Of a stretch of 64,000 nt of DNA, positions 29,845 through 39,500 are shown piece after piece. The position numbers and the translations under genes are program-made. Positions within the stretch are counted from its first letter, which is position 1, and every line of letters begins with the position of its first letter. The stretch spans positions 2,550 to 66,549 of the forward strand of contig CAZQUN010000003.1 of the NCBI GenBank assembly GCA_964596615.1. Reading direction: 5' to 3'. Source of the stretch: an uncultured Candidatus Saccharibacteria bacterium (lineage in GTDB: Bacteria; Patescibacteriota; Minisyncoccia; Portnoybacterales; UBA2143). The notes beneath the pieces are model-generated. The model was not told the DNA's origin. It did no database searches and saw only the letters and a program-made list of their open reading frames with translations.

Positions 29845-30678
29845 ATGCCAATAAAAGTAAATAACAAAATTATTGCCATATATGGACCAACGATTTCCAA
29901 GAAAACTGGTCTGGCCGTTGATATTGCTAAATATGTTTGGGGAAAATATAATATTGAACCCGAGCTTATTTCAGCTGATTCAAGAAAAATCTACAAAGAT
30001 TTAACTATCGGACAAGTTCCTATTTGGGCACCTTATGATGGAAAAATTAAAGTCCATATGTTCAAATTTATTGATTCTTTGGAGGAATCTTTTAGTCTTT
30101 ACGGTTACAAGACTAAAACAGAAGAAATAATTGACCAGATTCATAGAAAGAATCATTTACCGATACTTTTCGGCGGAAGCGCTGTATATATTTCATCTAT
30201 ACTTGAAAATTGGAATGTGCCTGAAGATTACAATTCCGGCACGAATCACAAAAATAAGTTTGGCAAATCAAAACCCAAATATGAATATATTATCCTGATA
30301 CCAAAAACTAGAAAAACAATTCTTTTTAAAAAGATCAAAGAACATGTTGAAGAAAATTTTAGAGCTGGAATTTTAGAAGAATTAAAAAGATTAGTTAAAA
30401 AATATCAAATTAATCCGCTATCTCCTCCGACAGATAATATGTTATATAAATCCCTAGAATACAGAGAGTTTTTAGAATATTGTTTCAGAAATAAGAAAAA
30501 ACTAGAAGAATTAGACAAGAAAGATTTGAGGATAATAAAAATAAGTTCGGTCAGTAATCTAAAGAATTTTGCCAGAAGACAACTAAGATGGATTCCTAAG
30601 ATGGAGGGTAAAAAATACTTAGTTGAAAATTACCAAGAAGGAAGAGAAATTGTTGATGAATTCTTAAATCGAGATTAA
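29845..30678 (+). CDS. Divergent second MiaA/IPP-transferase-like protein
   Basis: GPTISKKT (degenerate P-loop), ISADSRKIYKDLTIG, FGGSAVY, YREF, NFARRQLRW. Confidence 0.75.
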   Translation: MPIKVNNKIIAIYGPTISKKTGLAVDIAKYVWGKYNIEPELISADSRKIYKDLTIGQVPIWAPYDGKIKVHMFKFIDSLEESFSLYGYKTKTEEIIDQIHRKNHLPILFGGSAVYISSILENWNVPEDYNSGTNHKNKFGKSKPKYEYIILIPKTRKTILFKKIKEHVEENFRAGILEELKRLVKKYQINPLSPPTDNMLYKSLEYREFLEYCFRNKKKLEELDKKDLRIIKISSVSNLKNFARRQLRWIPKMEGKKYLVENYQEGREIVDEFLNRD

Positions 30679-30735
30679 ATTCAACGGACAAACGATGAAC
30701 CTCCCTAACCAATCCCCTAAAAGTTTTCTTATTAT

Positions 30736-30810
30736 CCCCGCCTGCAACGCTATGTCAGCCCGCATGATTCGTGTCAGTGTGTCTGGCGGGCGTAGCATTG
30801 CGGGCAGGCC
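30736..30810. repeat. GC-rich REP/MITE-like palindrome
   Basis: ccgcctgcaacgctatg ... cgtagcattgcgggcagg imperfect inverted repeat in an AT-rich context. Confidence 0.7.
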
Positions 30811-30826
30811 GAACAACCCCGCCAAT

Positions 30827-30861
30827 AAAAAGGCCCCTGGTGATATTACCCAGGGGCTTTT
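30827..30861. terminator. Bidirectional intrinsic terminator
   Basis: aaaaaggcccctgg-tgatattac-ccaggggctttt. Confidence 0.75.
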
Positions 30862-30878
30862 CGGTTTTATAGTTCTCG

Positions 30879-31202
30879 TTATTGGAAAAGAAAATGTCCA
30901 GTAACAAGAGGGTCTCCTTGACTAGAAGAAGGCCAAGCGTTAATCCACTTTTTTCCTGTATGACCATGTTCGGTCAAAACGCTGCTAAATCTGTCGTAAG
31001 CCTTGTCCAAACCATTAATGATAGCTGTTTGGTTCAATCTATCACCGGTTAATTGTTTCAATACGTTGATGATAGCGCCGATGAATTCCGCTTGAGCGAG
31101 CGAAACATCTGGTGGAGGCATTTGTCCCAATGGATTCCCTAGGTCAAGACTTAACTCCCCGTTTCTCTCAATCTGAAAATTAATTTTGTAATACCCTTTC
31201 AT
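30879..31202 (-). CDS. Hypothetical protein
   Basis: 107 aa; AAAGGAG RBS directly after the stop of the upstream Zn-ribbon ORF. Confidence 0.6.
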   Translation of the reverse strand: MKGYYKINFQIERNGELSLDLGNPLGQMPPPDVSLAQAEFIGAIINVLKQLTGDRLNQTAIINGLDKAYDRFSSVLTEHGHTGKKWINAWPSSSQGDPLVTGHFLFQ

Positions 31203-31215
31203 GCTTCTTCTCCTT

Positions 31216-31386
31216 TCAAGTAATTTTGACTATCCCGTTGCCTTTAATAGTGACTTTATTTACATAACCACAATAAGGACATTTTATTCTTCGCCCCGGC
31301 TTCATTCTTCCACTGGACTGATACATTTTTTTTCCACAACCATTTTCTTCGCTGCACCTGGGCGTCTTGGCTATTTTCTTTCCCAT
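31216..31386 (-). CDS. Small basic zinc-ribbon protein, 56 aa (MGKKIAKTPRCSEENGCGKKMYQSSGRMKPGRRIKCPYCGYVNKVTIKGNGIVKIT); not in ORF track
   Basis: C-x5-CG ... CPYCG; AAAGGA RBS; resembles Com-like Zn ribbons. Confidence 0.75.
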   Translation of the reverse strand: MGKKIAKTPRCSEENGCGKKMYQSSGRMKPGRRIKCPYCGYVNKVTIKGNGIVKIT

Positions 31387-31419
31387 TTCTTTTCCTTTCT
31401 ATTCATTTTTTAAGAAACT

Positions 31420-31563
31420 AAAAAAACTGGCCTGAGAGCCAGTCCTTTGAAATAACTATCTAAACCTTAATCAAAAAGACCGACTCTCACAACCAGTAAA
31501 AAAGAACCAAAAATAGTTTTGGCTGAAATTATTAATCCGGCTGAAAGAATTGGTTTTTATCAT
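31420..31563 (-). promoter_or_regulatory. Putative ribosome-dependent transcription attenuator: leader peptide 31471-31563 (MIKTNSFSRINNFSQNYFWFFFTGCESRSF), antiterminator and terminator
   Basis: Leaderless ATG 8 nt after TAAAAT. TGAGAGTCGGTCTTTT can pair with AAAGGACTGGCTCTCA (16 bp including G-U), competing with terminator ACTGGC-TCTCAG-GCCAGT plus T-run. Confidence 0.7.
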
Positions 31564-31571
31564 GATAACTA

Positions 31572-31613
31572 ATTTTAACTAATTAAGAAAGTTTGTCAAA
31601 TGAGATATCCACA
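31572..31613 (-). promoter_or_regulatory. Sigma70 promoter (TTGACA-16-TAAAAT) with a DnaA-box-like ATATCCACA 5 nt upstream of the -35
   Basis: atttta 31572-31577, tgtcaa 31594-31599, atatccaca 31605-31613. Confidence 0.6.
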
Positions 31614-32153
31614 TTAAAGGGCTTCCATGTCTTGAAGGGCTCTTTGATAAATTTCAATTGCTCTTCTGGCCTGGCCCTTACTTACCTGATATCCTGGGTC
31701 GTGAACAATATTGTTCCTCATCTTATGCGCTTGCCAAACTTCGTCAATACTTGCTAATTGAGTTTTAGTAATCTGCTTTAACCTCTCGCCCATATCTTCT
31801 CCCTGATAACCAATCCTTTTCAGAACGTCGTCTAAGATTTTATCCGCTTCAATAACAGCCAGTTTCCAGGAACTTTCATCTTCTAAATCCATCTTATCCA
31901 GGACTGATTGCCAGTTTTCATCAAAAACCTCTTTGACCAATCCAGGCGCTGAAACACTTTCTTCAACTCTTTCAATTGACTGACCAATTCCTTTTCTCAA
32001 TTTGTAAATTAGAAAGGCGCTGGCAATAACAAGTAGGATTGAAATGACGATTGAAATAATTTTCAAAATTGAAACAATATCACTTCCTGCTTCTGAAGCT
32101 GCCGGAGCCGCCATAGCAATATTATCATAGAGTTCAAATAGTTCAGTTCTCAT
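31614..32153 (-). CDS. Membrane-anchored hypothetical protein with a HEPN-like RxxxxH motif
   Basis: One TM helix, then AVIEADKILD..G..MGERLK..AHKMRNNIVHD. Start uncertain. Confidence 0.65.
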   Translation of the reverse strand: MRTELFELYDNIAMAAPAASEAGSDIVSILKIISIVISILLVIASAFLIYKLRKGIGQSIERVEESVSAPGLVKEVFDENWQSVLDKMDLEDESSWKLAVIEADKILDDVLKRIGYQGEDMGERLKQITKTQLASIDEVWQAHKMRNNIVHDPGYQVSKGQARRAIEIYQRALQDMEAL

Positions 32154-33549
32154 AAAGTTTAGCGACTTGAATAATTTTATCTTCTTCAAATTGATTGCCT
32201 AGAATCTGAAGACCAACCGGCAAATTACCCGCTTTACCGACCGGAAGAGAAATACCGCAAATACCAGCCAGATTAGCCGGAGCAGTAAAAACATCGGCCA
32301 AATACATTGCCACCGGATTATCCATTTTCTCCCCTATTCTAAAAGCTGTTGTCGGAGAAACCGGAGTCATTAAAACATCAACTTTTTCAAAAACTTTATC
32401 AAAATCCTGTTTAATCAAAGTTCTGACTTTCTGGGCTTTGAGATAATAGGCATCGTAATATCCGGCTGATAGGGCATATGTTCCAATCATAATTCTTCGG
32501 GTGACTTCATCGCCAAATCCTTTTTGTCTCGTTTTTAAATATCCTTCTAAAAGGTCTTTTGGTTGTTCTGAAAGACCGTATTTAACCCCATCGTATCGGG
32601 CCAGATTAGCTGAAGCCTCGGCCGGGACAATGATATAGTAACAAGGAATAGCGTATTGAGTATGAGGCAAACTAACTTCAATAATTCTTGCTCCCATTTT
32701 TTCGTATTGGGAAATTGCCCCTCTGACTATTCTCTCAACTTCCTTATCAATTCCTTCAATAAAATATTCCTTCGGCACCCCTATTCTTAAATCCTTAATT
32801 TCTACTTTCTGATTTTCCTTTCCTGGCTCTAAACTGGTTGAATCGAATTCATCTTTCCCTTTAATAGCGCTAAAAAGAATTTCTGTATCTTCAGCATTTT
32901 TAGCTATTGGACCAATCTGGTCTAAGGATGAAGCATGAGCAATTAATCCGTATCGGGAAACTGCCCCATAAGTTGGTTTTAATCCGACCACTCCGCAAAA
33001 GGAAGCTGGCTGCCGGATTGAACCGCCGGTATCGGTGCCCAAGGCAATAATAGATTGGTCATCTGCAACAGCCGCAGCTGAGCCACTTGAACTTCCTCCG
33101 GTTACTCTTTCCAAATCATGAGGATTTTTAGTCGGCCCAAAAGCTGAATTCTCACCTGAAGCCCCCATAGTGAATTCGTCCTGATTGGTTTTGCCAATAA
33201 TAACAGCACCGGCTTTTTTTAATTTTTTAATAACTGTCGCATCATAAGGAGCGATATAGTTTTCCAGGATTTTTGAACCGGTTGTACATCTGATTCCCTC
33301 AACCAAAATAGCATCTTTAACTGCAATTGGAATACCGGCCAATAAGTCAATTTCTTCACTATTAGCAATCTTCTTATCTGTTTTCCTGGCTTGTTTCAAA
33401 GCCATTTCTTCAGTAATGGTAATAAAGGAATTGATTTCCGGATTTCTTTCCTTGATTCTATTCAAAACCGCTTCAGTTAATTCAACCGAAGAAAATTCTT
33501 TCTTTTTTAATCCCTGATGGGATTTTTTAATCGTCAATTTATTCAACAT
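32143..33549 (-). CDS. gatA: Asp/Glu-tRNA amidotransferase subunit A
   Basis: Amidase signature GGSSSGSAAAV, GTDTGGSIRQPAS; NLARYDG. Confidence 0.98.
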   Translation of the reverse strand: MLNKLTIKKSHQGLKKKEFSSVELTEAVLNRIKERNPEINSFITITEEMALKQARKTDKKIANSEEIDLLAGIPIAVKDAILVEGIRCTTGSKILENYIAPYDATVIKKLKKAGAVIIGKTNQDEFTMGASGENSAFGPTKNPHDLERVTGGSSSGSAAAVADDQSIIALGTDTGGSIRQPASFCGVVGLKPTYGAVSRYGLIAHASSLDQIGPIAKNAEDTEILFSAIKGKDEFDSTSLEPGKENQKVEIKDLRIGVPKEYFIEGIDKEVERIVRGAISQYEKMGARIIEVSLPHTQYAIPCYYIIVPAEASANLARYDGVKYGLSEQPKDLLEGYLKTRQKGFGDEVTRRIMIGTYALSAGYYDAYYLKAQKVRTLIKQDFDKVFEKVDVLMTPVSPTTAFRIGEKMDNPVAMYLADVFTAPANLAGICGISLPVGKAGNLPVGLQILGNQFEEDKIIQVAKLYEN

Positions 33550-33842
33550 CACAAAACTGCTTTAACTTTAACATGCCTGTCTTCTGTTTCCGGAGCTAAA
33601 TCTATTAATTTCCCGGTTTCTTTTTCTGTTTTTCTCCTGCTTTTGTCTTTTCTGAAAACATTTTCCAAGCCGGTTACCTGAGCAGTTGGTTCAACTTTAT
33701 CAGTTTTAACTTCGTTTAATTTTTCAACAAAATCTAAAATATCTGAAAGTTCTTTCTCAAATTTCTTTTTTTCATCGCTGCTTAGCCCTAATCGAGCTAA
33801 TTTGGCAACATGTTCAACTTCTTTTTTAGTTAATTTAGCCAT
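33549..33842 (-). CDS. gatC: Asp/Glu-tRNA amidotransferase subunit C
   Basis: VEHVAKLARL, VEPT, FRKD, VKAVL; directly upstream of gatA. Confidence 0.95.
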   Translation of the reverse strand: MAKLTKKEVEHVAKLARLGLSSDEKKKFEKELSDILDFVEKLNEVKTDKVEPTAQVTGLENVFRKDKSRRKTEKETGKLIDLAPETEDRHVKVKAVL

Positions 33843-35823
33843 TAATTAATTTCAAAAATTCCTTTTCATTAACTATCTTTACGCCTAATTTCTTAGCTTT
33901 ATCATGCTTTGAACCCGGTTCTGTGCCGACAACAACAAAATCTGTTTCTTTGGAAACCGATGAAGAAATATCGCCACCTAATGCTCTGATTCTATTCTTG
34001 GCTTCATCACGGGTAAATCGGTCTAAATGCCCGGTTAAAACAAATACTTGGCCGGATAATTTCTTTTTAATTCTCTTTTGTTTTTCAATCTTAACTCCGT
34101 TTTTGATTAAATCATCAACTAGTTTTTGATTGCTTTTATCATTAAACCACTTAAAAGCACTTTGGGCAACTATTTGGCCAATGTCTTTGACCCGGGCAAA
34201 TTGTTCTAATTTGGCTTTTTCTAGTTTGTCTAGATTACTGAAATATTTGGCCAGATTAATAGCGGTCTCTTCGCCAACATGGCGAATACCAAGAGCGTAA
34301 ATAAATCTGGCTAAAGTAATTTCCTGGCTTTGTTTAATGGCATTAATCAAATTACCGGCTGACTTTTTATCAAATCTTTCCAAGGGAATTAAATCTTCTT
34401 TGGTTAGAGTAAAAATATCAGAAACATTGTTAATCAATCCTTGATTTGTCAATTGATTAACAATTTTAGGACCAAGCCCCTCAATATTAAAGGCGTTTTT
34501 GGAAACAAAATGAGCTATTTGTCTTTTCTGAATAATTGAACATCTTTTGTTAAAACAGCGATGAACGGCTTCGCCTTTCGGCCGGATAATCTTTCCTCCG
34601 CAAATGGGACATTTTTTGGGCATCTGGAATTTCTTTTCTTTGCCAGTCCGCATTTCTTTAACAACTTTAACAACATCGGGAATAACATCGCCGGCTCTTT
34701 GAACAATGACGGTATCGCCAATTCTGACATCAAGCCGTTTAATTTCATCCTCATTATGAAGAGTTGCCCGGCTAATCAAAGCCCCGGCTATTTCAACTGG
34801 TTTTAATTTAGCCACCGGAGTCAAAGCGCCAGTCCGGCCAACCTGGACAATGATATCTTTGATAATTGTTGTCGCTTCCTCAGCTGAAAACTTAAAAGCA
34901 ATTGCTCCCCGGGGGGCTTTGCCAACCACCCCCAGCTTATTAAAAGCCGAATTATCATCAACCTGAACAACCAAACCATCAATCTGGTATTCCAGTTTTT
35001 CCCTTTTCTTCTCAATTTTCTTCCAAAAGTCAATTACCTTTTTTAAATTTGGACAATATTTTCCCTGGTCTGTTTTAAATCCAAGCGCCCGAACAATTTC
35101 ATGTTCTTGAACATGGTTTTTCTGACCCAAATCAGTCACAAGACTATATGCCAAGAAATTCAATTGGCGGGAAGCAGCAACTTTAGGATTAAGCTGCCTA
35201 ATGCTTCCGGCAGCTGTGTTTCTTGGATTGGCGTATAAAGATAATCTTTTCTTTTTTCTTTCCTGATTGATTTTTTCGAAAGTAGAATTGGTCATGTAGA
35301 CCTCGCCCCGAATTTCAATTTCTCCTTTTTTGACTTCCTTATTCAATTTCAAAGGAATTGATTCAATTGTTTTCAGGTTTTGAGTAACATCTTCGCCTGT
35401 TCTTCCATCTCCCCGGGTGGCCCCCTTAAAAAAAACGCCGTCCCTATAAACCAGACTAACAGCAAAACCATCTATTTTTAACTCAGCGAAATAGTCCAGT
35501 TTTTCTCTTGGAATTAATTTCTGAATTCGTTCTTGCCAATCTTCCATTTCTTCTCCAGAAAAAGCATCTTGAAGAGAAAGCATTGGTTTTTTGTGTCTGA
35601 TTTTTTCAAATTTATCCAAAGCTTTACCGCCAATTCTTTGGCTTGGAGAATCAGGAGTAATTAATTCTGGATATTGATTTTCTAAATCCTGAAGTTCTTT
35701 TTTTAGAGAATCCAAAGCCGCGTCAGAAATCTCCGGCTTATCTAAAACATGGTAAAGATAGCGATGATGGTTAATAACTTTCTTTAATTTAACGATTCTT
35801 TTTCTGGCTTCTGCTTTATCCAT
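33835..35823 (-). CDS. ligA: NAD-dependent DNA ligase
   Basis: ELKIDG, TRGDG, NPRNTAAGS, VGRTG, Zn finger CPIC, BRCT domain. Confidence 0.98.
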   Translation of the reverse strand: MDKAEARKRIVKLKKVINHHRYLYHVLDKPEISDAALDSLKKELQDLENQYPELITPDSPSQRIGGKALDKFEKIRHKKPMLSLQDAFSGEEMEDWQERIQKLIPREKLDYFAELKIDGFAVSLVYRDGVFFKGATRGDGRTGEDVTQNLKTIESIPLKLNKEVKKGEIEIRGEVYMTNSTFEKINQERKKKRLSLYANPRNTAAGSIRQLNPKVAASRQLNFLAYSLVTDLGQKNHVQEHEIVRALGFKTDQGKYCPNLKKVIDFWKKIEKKREKLEYQIDGLVVQVDDNSAFNKLGVVGKAPRGAIAFKFSAEEATTIIKDIIVQVGRTGALTPVAKLKPVEIAGALISRATLHNEDEIKRLDVRIGDTVIVQRAGDVIPDVVKVVKEMRTGKEKKFQMPKKCPICGGKIIRPKGEAVHRCFNKRCSIIQKRQIAHFVSKNAFNIEGLGPKIVNQLTNQGLINNVSDIFTLTKEDLIPLERFDKKSAGNLINAIKQSQEITLARFIYALGIRHVGEETAINLAKYFSNLDKLEKAKLEQFARVKDIGQIVAQSAFKWFNDKSNQKLVDDLIKNGVKIEKQKRIKKKLSGQVFVLTGHLDRFTRDEAKNRIRALGGDISSSVSKETDFVVVGTEPGSKHDKAKKLGVKIVNEKEFLKLING

Positions 35824-35938
35824 ATATATTGATTATATCGCTAAAATATGGTCTTTTCAAGAACTACAATAACTTAAAGAGCCCCACGCAATAAAAAGTT
35901 GTAGGGCTCCGATATTTGAAATCTTAGAAAAAAGAACT

Positions 35939-36385
35939 TTACATTTTTTCCGTTTGGTCTAACACCATAGAATCAAGCTTTTCCTGCATCTGCTTTTGAT
36001 AACTCTGCCTGAACCTTATTTGTGTTTCAACTGCGTTCCGTACTGCGCTAATTAAAGAACGGGTTATTCTTTTGGTATCAAAACTAGTTTCGGCGTAATC
36101 TCCAGACGACCATATATTATTGGTGTTAGCCTCGAACTTTTTACTCCAATTACCCGGTTCGACCAAAATTGCTTTGAGACTAGTATTCAATTCGGGTCTT
36201 CTCTGGTCAATATAGGAAAAACTTATCTTAATCACTTCTAACATTTCTTTTATCTGACCAAGCTGCTCGACGGCCGAGAGACAACCTAGAAGAACCTGTC
36301 TCACTTGGTTCATGGTCGGCTCGCCACTCTTGGCTAAAACTCCAGTTTCCGAAAACAAATCAATACTTATCTTTGGCTTATTCAT
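35939..36385 (-). CDS. Hypothetical protein
   Basis: 148 aa; AAGGGGG RBS; TTGACA promoter near 36469-36474; hairpin at 35879-35910. Confidence 0.6.
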   Translation of the reverse strand: MNKPKISIDLFSETGVLAKSGEPTMNQVRQVLLGCLSAVEQLGQIKEMLEVIKISFSYIDQRRPELNTSLKAILVEPGNWSKKFEANTNNIWSSGDYAETSFDTKRITRSLISAVRNAVETQIRFRQSYQKQMQEKLDSMVLDQTEKM

Positions 36386-36511
36386 AGCTTCCCCCTTGGG
36401 ACTCAGTCCCTTTTATTTCTATGCCTCATACGACACAGATATAACATCTATATCACACTCACAGCATTTGTCAAGGTTGTCGGTATCTTCTAAGGTGATA
36501 TACTTGGATAT

Positions 36512-39500
36512 ATGAAGTTTACTCATTTGCATGTCCATTCCCACTATTCTCTCCTAGACGGTCTGGCGAAAATAGACCAGATTTTGGATACCTGTCAGGA
36601 ATTAAAAATGCCGTCAATTGCTTTAACCGACCATGGTTCTATGTATGGCCTGGTTGAGTTTTATCAGAAAGCCAAGAAAAGAGGGATTCGGCCAATTTTA
36701 GGCAACGAAGTCTATACTGCCCCCAATGGCATGCTTCAGAAACGGCCTAATATTGATAACAAGAGACATCATTTGGTTCTTCTGGTCAAAAACGAAGAAG
36801 GCTATCGTAATTTAGTCAAAATGACTTCTAAATCATATTTAGAAGGATTCTATTACAAACCCCGAATTGATAAAGATTTGCTTAGAAAACATTCTCAGGG
36901 ATTAATTTGTCTTTCAGCTTGTTTAGCCGGAGAAATTCCTCAAAAAATTATGGCTGGAAAAATGGAGGAAGCCGAAAAAACAGCATTGGAATACAAAGAA
37001 ATATTCGGCCCTGACTTCTATTTAGAAATCCAGCATCATCCCGGATTACCCGAACAAAAAGATGTTAATGAGGTAATGGTTAAAATCGCCAAAAAGCTTG
37101 ATATTCCCCTGGTGGCGACCAATGACGCCCACTATGTCAAATCCGAAGATGTTACTGCCCAGGATGTTTTAATGAGCATCCAGACCGATAAGAAACTTGA
37201 TGATGCTGACCGATTAACCATGAGAGGAGATGATTTTTCCCTCCGACCAACAGAACAGATGATTAAAGATTTCAAAGATCTTCCTGAAGCAATTGCCAAT
37301 ACACAGAAAATATCTGATCAATGTAACTTTAATTTTGAAATAGGGAAAATCCATCTGCCTCAGTTTGATGTTCCTGGCAACAAGGCTCCTGATGAATATT
37401 TGAAGGAACTTTGCCAGAAAGGCCTAAAACAACGCCGATTTGAAAGTTCAACCAAAGAAGTTTCAGAACGAATTGATTATGAACTGAAAGCCATTAAACA
37501 AACCGGCTTCGCCTCATATTTCCTAATCGTAGCTGACTTTGTTAACTGGGCCAAGGAAAATGGAATAGTCGTCGGACCGGGAAGAGGGAGCGCGGCCGGT
37601 TCAATTGTTTCCTATCTTTTAAATATCACCGATATTGATCCGTTGAAGTATGATTTGCTTTTTGAGCGTTTCATTAACACGGAGCGTATTTCAATGCCTG
37701 ATATTGACCTGGATTTTGCTGATGACCGACGGGACGAAGTTATCCAATACGTTACTGAGAAATATGGGCAGGACCGGGTTGCCCAGATCATTACCTTTGG
37801 AACCATGGCCGCCAGAGCAGCCATCCGCGATGTTGGCCGGGCCATGGACTATTCATACAATTTCTGCGACCAAATTGCCAAAATGATACCTTTTGGCTCA
37901 ACCTTGGAAAAAGCTATTCACGAATCACAAGAACTTCATAATACCTATCAATCAGATGAAAGCGCCAAGCAACTGATTGACATGGCCATGAAACTGGAAG
38001 GGGTTGCTCGCCACGCTTCAACCCATGCTGCCGGAGTTGTCATTACCAAAGAACCGCTTGATAATCTTGTCCCCCGCCAGCATCCAACCCAGGATGATGA
38101 AGCAACCGTTATTCAGTATGATATGTATTCTGTTGAAGATTTAGGTCTTTTGAAAATGGACTTTCTCGGTTTGCGAAACCTGACCGTTATCCAAAACACC
38201 CTTAATCAAATCAAAGAATCAACTAATCAGGAAGTTGATTTAACCAATCTTCCTTCAAACGATAAGAAAACCTTTCAACTCTTCAGAGAAGCAAAAACAA
38301 CCAGCGTTTTCCAATTGGAATCAGGAGGAATGAAAAGATATTTGAAACAGTTAAAGCCAAATCATTTTGAAGATATCGTTGCTATGGTTGCTCTTTACCG
38401 TCCCGGACCAATAGAATTTATTCCTGAATTCATTGCCCGAAAACATGGGTTAAAAGAAGTTAAATACCTTCATCCAAAACTGGAACCAATTCTTAAAAAT
38501 ACTTATGGAATCTGTGTTTACCAGGAACAATTAATGCACATGGCCAGAGATTTAGCCGGTTTTACTCCTTCTGAAGCTGATGTTTTAAGAAAAGCTGTCG
38601 GTAAAAAAATCAAGAAGCTTCTTGATGAACAGAAAGAGAAAATGATTGATGGGATGATTAACAATGGCGTTGAAAAAAGAATTGCCAAAAAGATTTGGCA
38701 AACAGTCGAACCCTTTGCTCAATACGGCTTTAACCGAGCCCATAGCGTCTGCTACGCAACCATTGGCTATTGGACCGCCTATCTTAAAGCCCATTTCCCA
38801 ACCGAGTTTATGGCAGCAACATTAACCTCCGAACAAAACGATATTGAAAGGATTGCCTTTTTGGTTGATGAATGCAGACAAATGAAAGTTAAAGTTCTCC
38901 CCCCTAATATTAATCAAAGTTATGAGAATTTCTCCAGAGCGAGTAATCGGGTCATTCATTTCGGATTGAATGCTGTAAAAAATGTCGGTCATAATATTGT
39001 TTCAGCCATTGTTTCAGAAAGAGAAAAAAACGGCCCTTATCAATCAATTGCCGACTTCATTGAAAGAGTCGAATCAAAAGATCTGAACAAAAAATCACTT
39101 GAAAGTCTGGCCAAATGCGGGGCTCTGGATAATTTTGGCGAAAGAAATCAACTTTTAGCCGGAATGGATCAAATGCTGGCTTTAGCCAGAGAAACCCAGC
39201 GAGCCAAACAAAACGGTCAAGTCAGCTTGTTTAGCGGGCAAGAAAGCGCTACTCCTTCTCTTGTTCTGCCCCAGGTTACCCCGGCTTCAAAAAGAGACTA
39301 TCTTTCCTGGGAAAGAGAACTTCTCGGACTCTACATTTCAGAACATCCTTTAGAAAGATACAAAGATAAATTAGATAAATTTACGACCTCCTGCCAAAAC
39401 CTTTCTAAAGTCCGCCACCGACGAAGAATTAAAGTTGGCGGAGTGGTTAGCAAGATAAAGAAGATAAATACCAGAAGCGGCCAACCAATGCTTTTTGTTG

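Noticed and set aside
30695-30967. 69-70 aa ORFs across the palindrome and terminator
   Set aside because: They run through a repeat and a terminator and have no credible RBS or motif.
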